From: Pseudomonas aeruginosa
Lineage (GTDB): Bacteria; Pseudomonadota; Gammaproteobacteria; Pseudomonadales; Pseudomonadaceae
Assembly: GCF_001457615.1 (NCBI RefSeq)
Contig: NZ_LN831024.1
Span: forward strand, 420,001 to 452,000
Length of the DNA: 32,000 nucleotides
Direction of reading: 5' to 3'
The notes below the pieces were generated by a model that did not search any database, was not told the DNA's origin, and saw only the letters and a program-made list of their open reading frames with translations. This document shows positions 25,298 through 32,000 of the stretch, in pieces. The position numbers were made by a program, and so were the translations under genes. Position 1 is the stretch's first letter, and each line of letters begins with the position of its first letter.

Positions 25298-28200
25298 ATG
25301 GGTGACCGGCACGACTACGTCGCTCTGGAGTGGGTGAAAGGCGAGATCGCCGAAACCCTGAAACAGGCGCGCCAGGCGCTGGAAGCGTTCGTCGAGAACC
25401 CGCAGGACCCGACCCGCATGCGGTTCTGCCTGACCTACGTGCACCAGGTGCAGGGCACCCTGCAGATGGTCGAGTTCTACGGCGCGGCCCTGCTCGCCGA
25501 GGAAATGGAGCAATTGGTCCAGGCCTTGCTGGACGGTCGCGTGCCGAACCAGGGCGAGGCCCTGGAAGTGCTGATGCAGGCGATCCTGCAACTGCCGGTC
25601 TACCTCGACCGGATCCAGACCGCCCGGCGCGACCTGCCGATGGTGGTCCTGCCGCTGCTCAACGACCTGCGCGCCGCGCGCGGCGAGAAGCTGCTCTCGG
25701 AAACCAGCCTGTTCGCGCCCGACCTGTCGCAGCGCCAGCCGCAACTGGACGGCGAGGCCATCGCGCAACTGCGCACCGACGAACTCGGCGGCTTGCTGCG
25801 CAAGCTGCGCCAGACCCAGCAGATGGCCCTGGTCGGCCTGCTGCGCAACCAGGACGTGGCCACCAGCCTCGGCTACCTGGCGCGTGTCTATGCGCGCCTG
25901 GAGGGCCTGTGCCGCGAGGCACCGCTGGGGCCGCTGTGGAGCATCGCTTCCGGCCTGGTCGAGGGCCTGGCCAACGGTAGCGTGGTCAACAGCGCCTCGG
26001 TGCGCACCCTGCTGCGCCAGCTCGACCGCGAACTCAAGCGCCTGGTCGAGCAGGGCGCCGACGGCCTGAACCAGGCCGCGCCGGACGAGCTGGTGAAGAA
26101 CCTGCTGTTCTACGTGGCCAAGGCGCCTTCGCAGTCGCCGCGGATCCGCGCTCTGAAGGAACAGTACCGCCTCGACGAGGCGCTGCCCGACCACGAGACG
26201 GTGGACGCCGAGCGCGCCCGCCTCGCCGGACCCGACCGCGATGCGATGCGTTCGGTGGTCGGTGCCTTGTGCGAGGAACTGGTGCGGATCAAGGACAGCC
26301 TCGACCTGTTCGTGCGCAGCGACCGTGGCCACCCCTCGGAACTGGACGCCCTCCTGGCGCCGCTCAAGCAGATCGCCGATACCCTGGCGGTACTCGGCTT
26401 CGGCCAACCGCGCAAGGTCATCCTCGACCAGTTGGACGTCATCCACGCCCTGGCCCAGGGCCGCCGCGAGCCGAGCGACGCGATCCTGATGGACGTCGCC
26501 GGCGCGTTGCTCTACGTCGAGGCCACCCTGGCCGGCATGGCCGGTCCCGGCGACGAGCGCAACAGCGAGGAAAGCCGCCTGCCCACCACCGATGTGGCGC
26601 AGATCCACCAGTTGGTGATCAAGGAAGCGCGCAACGGTCTGGAGCAGGCCAAGGACGCGATCATCGAGTTCATCGCCTCGCAGTGGAACCACGAGCACCT
26701 GGCCCGCGTGCCGGAGCTGCTGACCCAGGTCCGCGGCGGCCTGGCGATGATCCCGCTGGAGCGCGCCGCGACCCTGCTGGAAACCTGCAACCGCTATATC
26801 CAGGAACAGCTGCTGGCGCGCAAGGCGGTGCCGGACTGGCAGAGCCTGGATACCCTGGCCGATGCCATCACCAGCGTCGAGTATTACCTGGAGCGCCTGA
26901 GCGAGGACCATGCCAGCCAGAGCGACCTGATCCTCGACGTCGCCGAGGACAGCCTGGCGAACCTCGGCTATACGCTGAAACCGAATTCGTCGGCCCCGGC
27001 CGAGCCTGGCCTGTCCGGGCCCGCTGCCATCGAGTCCCCGGCTGCCGAGCCGGAGAGGCCGGAGGCGGTCGTCGAGGTCGCCGAGACAGCGGAGCAACCG
27101 CCCGCCGACACGGCTCCTGCCGAGGCCGCGAGGGAAGATGCCCCGCAGTTGGCCAGCGACGACAACTGGACCCTTGGCGAAGTCGCGCCCGACGCCGGCG
27201 AGCCGTCCCTCGACCTGGCCCTGGACCTGCCGCTGGACGATTCCGCCGAAGTGCCGCCGGCGTTGCCGGAGGTGGTCGAGGAGAGCGGCCAGCCGCAGTC
27301 GACCCCGGCGCCTGCCCGCAGCCTGGACGATTTCAGCCTCGACGAGATCGATCTCTCCGGCCTCGACCTGCCCGCCGATGCGGCCCCGGCCTCCGGGCCG
27401 GCGGCCCTGGCGGACTGGTCGCTGCCGGAGCAGTGGGGGCTCGGCGATGACCTGGCGCAGCCGGCGCAGGCCGGCGAGACGTTGGATCTGAGCCTGGAGG
27501 AGCCGGCGCTGTCCTTCGACGCGCCGCTGGAAAGCCTCGAGCCGTTGCCGGCGCTGGAGCCTTTCGACGGCTCCGCTGAACAGGAGCTGGTTCTCGATGC
27601 GCTCGATCCGCTGCCGCTGGATGTAGCCTTGCCGGAGGCGGAGGGCGAGGTGTCCGCCTGGGAGGGCTCGAGCCTGGAGGAACTGGATCTTTCCGACCTC
27701 GATCTCCCCGAGGTGCAATTGCCCGAGGCTGAGGCTGAGGCCGAGGCGCCGCCTGCCGCCGAGGCGCTCGCCAGCGAAGCGCCGGCCCTGTCTCTGGCCG
27801 AGGTGATGGCTGCGCCGGTGCAGCCGATCAACCCGCCGGCGCAGAACGTTCCGGTCAGCCTGCTGCCACCGCCGGCCGACGAGGAACCGGTGGACGAGGA
27901 ACTGCGCGAGGTCTTCATCGAGGAGGCCGGCGAGGTCCTGGAGACCATCGGCCGCTACCTGCCGGCCTGGAAAGCCGACCACGACGACCGCGAAGCGCTG
28001 ACCGAGGTACGCCGTGCCTTCCATACCCTCAAGGGTAGCGGACGGATGGTCCGTGCCCTGGTGATCGGCGAACTGGCCTGGTCGATAGAGAACCTGTTCA
28101 ACCGCGTGCTCGATCGCAGCATCGCCGCCAGCGAGCCGGTGCAGCGAGTGGTGGACCAGGTCGTGGCCCTGTTGCCGGAGCTGGTCGAGGAGTTCGCCGC

Positions 28201-31200
28201 CAATGCCCAGCGCCAGCGCGACGATGTCGACCTGCTGGCGGCCACCGCGCATGCCCTGGCCAAGGGCGAGCCGCTGCCGGAACCGCCGGCGCCGGACGAC
28301 GGCGGAGTACCGCCGGAAGCCGGGGCGGAGCAGCCGTCGAGCCTGGACAACGGCGTCCAGGCGCCGCCATTGGCCGACGCGCCGCAGGCCGCTGCCGAGG
28401 CGCAGAGCGACGTCGAACTGCTCGATCCGCAACTGCTGGAGATCTTCACCAACGAGGCGGAAACCCATCTCGAGGCCCTGGTCGGCTTCCTCGCCGACTG
28501 CGCCCGCGAACTGCCGCAGCCGGTCACCGATGCCTTGCAGCGTGCCCTGCATACCCTCAAGGGCAGCGCACACATGGCCGGCATCCTGCCGATCGCGGAG
28601 ATCGCCACGCCGCTGGAAAAACTGGTCAAGGAATACAAGTCCAACCTGCTCGCCTTCGACCTGCGCGAAGCGGAGTTGCTGCACGACGCCGAGCAACTGT
28701 TCCGCATCGGCCTGGAGCAGGTCGGCGCGCAACGGCCATTGAACCCGATCCCCGGCAGCGACGCGTTGCTGGAGCGTATCGAGGCACTGCATCAGGAACG
28801 CATCGCCTCGCTCGAGGCCGAGCGCTACAGCGATGCCGGCGAGCGCCGCGATCCGTTGCTGATCGAGGCGTTCCTCGTCGAAGGCATGGACATCCTGCTG
28901 GACGCCGAGGACCTGCTCGAGCGCTGGCACGAGCATCCGCAGGAGCGCCAGGAACTGAGTGCGCTGCGCGAGGAGCTCAGCACTCTGGACCGGGGCGCCC
29001 GGCATGCCGAGCTGCCACAGGTGGAAGAACTCTGCCAGGCCTTGCTGGCGCTCTACGATGCCGTCGAGGAAGGCCGCCTGGCGGTCAGCCCGGCGTTCTT
29101 CGAGGAAGCCCGCCAGGCCCACGAGGCGCTGATCGGGATGATGGACCAGGTCGCCGCCGGCCTGCAGGTCACGCCGCGTCCGGAGCGGGTCGCGGCCCTG
29201 CAGGAGCTGTTGGAAGCGCCCGCCGCCGAGGCCGTTCCGTTCATCGACCCGGAGAGCCTCGGCGCCGACGATTTCCCCCCGGAAGACGAAGAACCGGCCC
29301 TCCCCGAGGCGGTCTTCGAAGAGGCCGGGACGCCTGCCGAGGAGACCGTACCGGCAGCGCCTGCACCGGCTCCCGGCCGCGAGCTGGACGAGGAAATGGT
29401 GTCGATCTTCCTCGAAGAGGCGGTGGACATCCTCGAAAGCGCCGGCCAGGCACTGGCCCAATGGCAGGCCGAGCCGGGCGCGCTGTCTTCGCTCAGCGCC
29501 CTGCAGCGCGACCTGCATACCCTCAAGGGCGGCGCACGGATGGCCGAGATCGCCGAGATCGGCGACCTGGCCCACGAGCTGGAGGCCCTCTACGAAGGAC
29601 TGGTCGACCGCCGTTACCAGCACTCCCCGCAACTGGCCGGATTGCTGCAAGCCTGTCACGACCGCCTGGCCGAACAGCTCGACCAGTTGAGCGCCGGCCA
29701 GCCCCTGGCCGACCCGCACGACCTTATCCAGTCGATCCGCCGGTTCCGCCAGGGCCCGGTGGCCGAGGCCGCGACACCGGGCGAGGCGGAAAGCCCTGTC
29801 GAGGAACTCGTTGCACCTGCCGTCGAGGAGCCCGCCGCGCCCGCTGCGGAGGCGTTCGAAGAGCGCGATCCCGAACTGGTGGAGATCTTCCTCGAGGAAG
29901 GCTTCGATATCCTCGACAGCGCTGCCGCCGCGTTGCAGCGCTGGATGGACGACGTCGACAACACCATCGAACTGGAAGCCTTGCAGCGCGACCTGCATAC
30001 CCTCAAGGGCGGTGCGCGGATGGCCGAGATCGGCGAGATCGGCGACCTCGCCCATGAGCTTGAATTCCTCTACGAAGGCCTCTGCGGTGGACGCCTGCGC
30101 GCCAGCCCGGCCTTGTTCGGCCTGCTGCAGCGCTGCCACGACGAGCTGGCCGAGATGCTCGAGGCGGTGCGTGGCCACCGCACGCTGCCCGACGGGCAGG
30201 CGCTGATCGCGGAGATCAGGCGCCTGCGCAGCGATCCCGACGAGCAACTGAGCGTACCCACCAGCGTCAGCCTCAAGCCGCTGGCGGCGAAGGGCGCGGC
30301 GGCCGACGAGAGCGAGATCCTCGACATCTTCCTCGAGGAAGCCGACGACCTGCTGGAGAACCTCGAACTGGCGCTCGGCCGCTGGGACGGCGGCAACGGC
30401 GACGCCCAGCCGCTGGACGACCTGCTGCGGATCCTGCACACCCTCAAGGGCGGTGCGCGCCTGGCCGGACAGACCGAGCTGGGCAACCTGGCCCACGACC
30501 TCGAGCAGCATCTCACCGATGCGCAGCAACAGGGCGCGCCGTGGCCGGACAGCCTGCTGCTGGATGCGCAGTCGGGGCTGGAAGGCCTGCAGCGGCAGGT
30601 CGACCTGTTGCGCGAGCGGCTGGCCGAGGACGACGAGGCCGGTGAGCGGCCCGAGCCCGCCCAGGCGCTGGTCCAGGCCGACGATACCGACCGCGCGGTG
30701 GCCTCCGCGCTGGCCGAGCTGACCCGCCTGGCCCCGGCGGCCGGCGCGATCATGGCGGCCGAGGCGGCGCCTCCGGCCGCCCCGGCCACCACCCTGCCGT
30801 TCGTGCGCAAGGCCCAGGAGGCGGCCCAGGAGGCCGCTTCCCGACGTGCCCCGCAGGAGCTGGTGAAGGTGCCGGCGGAACTGCTGGAGAACCTGGTCAA
30901 CCTGGCGGGCGAGACCTCGATCTTCCGCGGCCGGGTCGAGCAGCAGGTGAGCGACGTCGGCTTCACCCTCGGCGAGATGGAGTCCACCATCGAGCGGGTG
31001 CGCGACCAGTTGCGCCGCCTCGACACCGAGACCCAGGCGCAGATCCTCTCGCGTCACCAGGCCGATGCCGAACGCGCCGGCTACGAAGAGTTCGACCCGC
31101 TGGAAATGGACCGCTATTCGCAGTTGCAGCAGCTCTCGCGCGCACTCTTCGAATCGGCCTCCGACCTTCTCGACCTGAAGGAAACCCTGGCGGCGAAGAA

Positions 31201-32000
31201 CCGCGACGCGGAGACCCTGCTGCTGCAACAGGCGCGGGTCAACACCGAACTCCAGGAAGGCCTGATGCGCACCCGCATGGTGCCGTTCGATCGGCTGGTA
31301 CCGCGTTTGCGGCGGATCGTCCGGCAGGTGGCCGGCGAGCTTGGCAAGCAGGTCGAATTCGTGGTCGGCAACGCCGACGGCGAGATGGATCGTACCGTCC
31401 TCGAACGCATCGTCGCGCCGCTGGAGCACATGCTGCGCAACGCCGTGGACCACGGCATCGAGTCCGGCGAGACGCGCCGCGCGGCGGGCAAGCCGGAGCA
31501 CGGTACGATCCGCCTGAACATCGGCCGCGAGGGCGGCGACATCCTCCTCACCCTCTCCGACGACGGCGCCGGCATCCGCCTCGATGCGGTACGGCGCAAG
31601 GCCATCGAGCGTGGCCTGATGAGCGCCGACAGCGACCTCAGCGATCATGAAGTGCTGCAGTTCGTGCTCGAGTCCGGTTTCTCCACCGCCGAAAAGGTCA
31701 CCCAGATCTCCGGGCGCGGCGTCGGCCTCGACGTGGCCAACTCCGAGGTCAAGCAGCTCGGCGGCTCGGTGAGCATCCAGACCGAGCCGGGCCAGGGCAC
31801 CCGCTTCAACGTGCGGCTGCCGTTCACCGTGTCGGTGAACCGGGCGCTGATGGTGCTATCCGGCGAGGATCTCTACGCGGTGCCGCTGAACACCATCGAG
31901 GGCATCGTGCGGGTTTCGCCCTACGAACTGGAGGCGCTCTACGACCAGCGCGGCGAGGCGGGGCTGGATACGCCCAGCTTCGAATACGCCGGGCAGTCCT
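25298..32000 (+). CDS. chpA: ChpA multi-Hpt CheA-type histidine kinase, 5' partial (first ~2234 codons; continues past window end)
   Basis: The frame is open from ATG 25298 (GGAG 5 nt upstream) to the window edge. It has five canonical HTLKG(S/G) Hpt motifs with His codons at 28022, 28550, 29516, 29996 and 30437, plus an N-terminal Hpt-like VHQVQGTLQM (His codon 25442). After these come the dimerisation region (ELVKVPAELLENLVNLAGE), the HATPase N box HMLRNAVDHGIE, G1 DDGAGI and G2 SGRGVGLDV. A CheW-like domain starts at FTVSVNRALMVLSGEDLYAVPL. The ORF is absent from the track because it has no stop in the window. The 2179-aa antisense ORF is an artefact. Confidence 0.96.
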   Translation, partial: MGDRHDYVALEWVKGEIAETLKQARQALEAFVENPQDPTRMRFCLTYVHQVQGTLQMVEFYGAALLAEEMEQLVQALLDGRVPNQGEALEVLMQAILQLPVYLDRIQTARRDLPMVVLPLLNDLRAARGEKLLSETSLFAPDLSQRQPQLDGEAIAQLRTDELGGLLRKLRQTQQMALVGLLRNQDVATSLGYLARVYARLEGLCREAPLGPLWSIASGLVEGLANGSVVNSASVRTLLRQLDRELKRLVEQGADGLNQAAPDELVKNLLFYVAKAPSQSPRIRALKEQYRLDEALPDHETVDAERARLAGPDRDAMRSVVGALCEELVRIKDSLDLFVRSDRGHPSELDALLAPLKQIADTLAVLGFGQPRKVILDQLDVIHALAQGRREPSDAILMDVAGALLYVEATLAGMAGPGDERNSEESRLPTTDVAQIHQLVIKEARNGLEQAKDAIIEFIASQWNHEHLARVPELLTQVRGGLAMIPLERAATLLETCNRYIQEQLLARKAVPDWQSLDTLADAITSVEYYLERLSEDHASQSDLILDVAEDSLANLGYTLKPNSSAPAEPGLSGPAAIESPAAEPERPEAVVEVAETAEQPPADTAPAEAAREDAPQLASDDNWTLGEVAPDAGEPSLDLALDLPLDDSAEVPPALPEVVEESGQPQSTPAPARSLDDFSLDEIDLSGLDLPADAAPASGPAALADWSLPEQWGLGDDLAQPAQAGETLDLSLEEPALSFDAPLESLEPLPALEPFDGSAEQELVLDALDPLPLDVALPEAEGEVSAWEGSSLEELDLSDLDLPEVQLPEAEAEAEAPPAAEALASEAPALSLAEVMAAPVQPINPPAQNVPVSLLPPPADEEPVDEELREVFIEEAGEVLETIGRYLPAWKADHDDREALTEVRRAFHTLKGSGRMVRALVIGELAWSIENLFNRVLDRSIAASEPVQRVVDQVVALLPELVEEFAANAQRQRDDVDLLAATAHALAKGEPLPEPPAPDDGGVPPEAGAEQPSSLDNGVQAPPLADAPQAAAEAQSDVELLDPQLLEIFTNEAETHLEALVGFLADCARELPQPVTDALQRALHTLKGSAHMAGILPIAEIATPLEKLVKEYKSNLLAFDLREAELLHDAEQLFRIGLEQVGAQRPLNPIPGSDALLERIEALHQERIASLEAERYSDAGERRDPLLIEAFLVEGMDILLDAEDLLERWHEHPQERQELSALREELSTLDRGARHAELPQVEELCQALLALYDAVEEGRLAVSPAFFEEARQAHEALIGMMDQVAAGLQVTPRPERVAALQELLEAPAAEAVPFIDPESLGADDFPPEDEEPALPEAVFEEAGTPAEETVPAAPAPAPGRELDEEMVSIFLEEAVDILESAGQALAQWQAEPGALSSLSALQRDLHTLKGGARMAEIAEIGDLAHELEALYEGLVDRRYQHSPQLAGLLQACHDRLAEQLDQLSAGQPLADPHDLIQSIRRFRQGPVAEAATPGEAESPVEELVAPAVEEPAAPAAEAFEERDPELVEIFLEEGFDILDSAAAALQRWMDDVDNTIELEALQRDLHTLKGGARMAEIGEIGDLAHELEFLYEGLCGGRLRASPALFGLLQRCHDELAEMLEAVRGHRTLPDGQALIAEIRRLRSDPDEQLSVPTSVSLKPLAAKGAAADESEILDIFLEEADDLLENLELALGRWDGGNGDAQPLDDLLRILHTLKGGARLAGQTELGNLAHDLEQHLTDAQQQGAPWPDSLLLDAQSGLEGLQRQVDLLRERLAEDDEAGERPEPAQALVQADDTDRAVASALAELTRLAPAAGAIMAAEAAPPAAPATTLPFVRKAQEAAQEAASRRAPQELVKVPAELLENLVNLAGETSIFRGRVEQQVSDVGFTLGEMESTIERVRDQLRRLDTETQAQILSRHQADAERAGYEEFDPLEMDRYSQLQQLSRALFESASDLLDLKETLAAKNRDAETLLLQQARVNTELQEGLMRTRMVPFDRLVPRLRRIVRQVAGELGKQVEFVVGNADGEMDRTVLERIVAPLEHMLRNAVDHGIESGETRRAAGKPEHGTIRLNIGREGGDILLTLSDDGAGIRLDAVRRKAIERGLMSADSDLSDHEVLQFVLESGFSTAEKVTQISGRGVGLDVANSEVKQLGGSVSIQTEPGQGTRFNVRLPFTVSVNRALMVLSGEDLYAVPLNTIEGIVRVSPYELEALYDQRGEAGLDTPSFEYAGQS
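27725..27748 (+). repeat. In-frame hexanucleotide repeat (GAGGCN)x4 encoding (Glu-Ala)4 in the ChpA acidic linker
   Basis: gaggct gaggct gaggcc gaggcg read directly. It translates as PEAEAEAEAPP within the chpA frame. Confidence 0.9.
29381..30625 (+). repeat. Three tandem Hpt-domain coding modules inside chpA (periods 480 nt and ~441 nt)
   Basis: The modules start at about 29381, 29861 and 30305. All three share (E/D)..IFLEE...L....L..W ... L(Q/L)R.LHTLKGGAR(M/L)A. The cores 29499..29598 and 29979..30078 are identical at about 90 of 100 positions by my eye count. Two more diverged modules lie upstream, at about 27885 and 28410. Confidence 0.85.

Noticed and set aside
25109-31648. 2179-aa ORF on the minus strand, the longest ORF in the track
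   Set aside because: It lies exactly antisense to chpA. Its product is Arg/Gly/Ala/Leu/Gln low-complexity sequence with no recognisable motifs. The plus-strand frame has Hpt, HATPase and CheW signatures and GC3-biased codons. This is a typical high-GC shadow ORF.
1-32000. Scan for CRISPR arrays, tRNA/rRNA genes, IS elements, prophage or defence-island signatures
   Set aside because: I saw no spaced direct repeats, no cloverleaf-compatible conserved tRNA boxes, and no recombinase-like or nuclease/helicase defence-type ORFs. Every gap between genes is under 260 bp and composition is uniform.

Overview
High-GC (about two-thirds G+C by eye) gamma-proteobacterial core chromosome. From recognisable protein sequences and gene order it matches the Pseudomonas aeruginosa region I recall as roughly PA0387-PA0413 in PAO1 numbering (from memory, not verified). 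I support 31 protein-coding genes. On the minus strand: rdgB, a DUF4426-like secreted protein, metW, metX, a dynamin-like GTPase, yggU (absent from the ORF track), yggT, proC and yggS. Next come pilT and pilU (+), a CDF metal exporter (-), a TM2-domain protein (+), and a cystathionine beta-synthase / gamma-lyase pair (+). Then on the minus strand: pyrC' (inactive dihydroorotase), pyrB, pyrR, ruvX/yqgF, algH/yqgE, tonB3 and gshB. The window ends with the Pil-Chp chemosensory operon pilG-pilH-pilI-pilJ-pilK-chpA (+), with chpA running off the 3' edge. Many track ORFs are GC-driven antisense or out-of-frame artefacts, or carry false N-terminal extensions, so I re-set starts using RBS, family length and ATGA coupling. 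I found no rRNA, tRNA, CRISPR array, transposase, integrase or compositional island. I do not see a convincing undescribed multi-gene system. The large system present, type IV pilus motors plus Pil-Chp, is well described. The less explained items are: an orphan dynamin-like GTPase with its own near-consensus promoter; a conserved DUF167/YggU ORF with no ATG/GTG/TTG start; recombination-prone tandem Hpt modules and an acidic repeat linker in ChpA; a CDF transporter with an unusual TM5 metal-site motif; and several intergenic palindromes.
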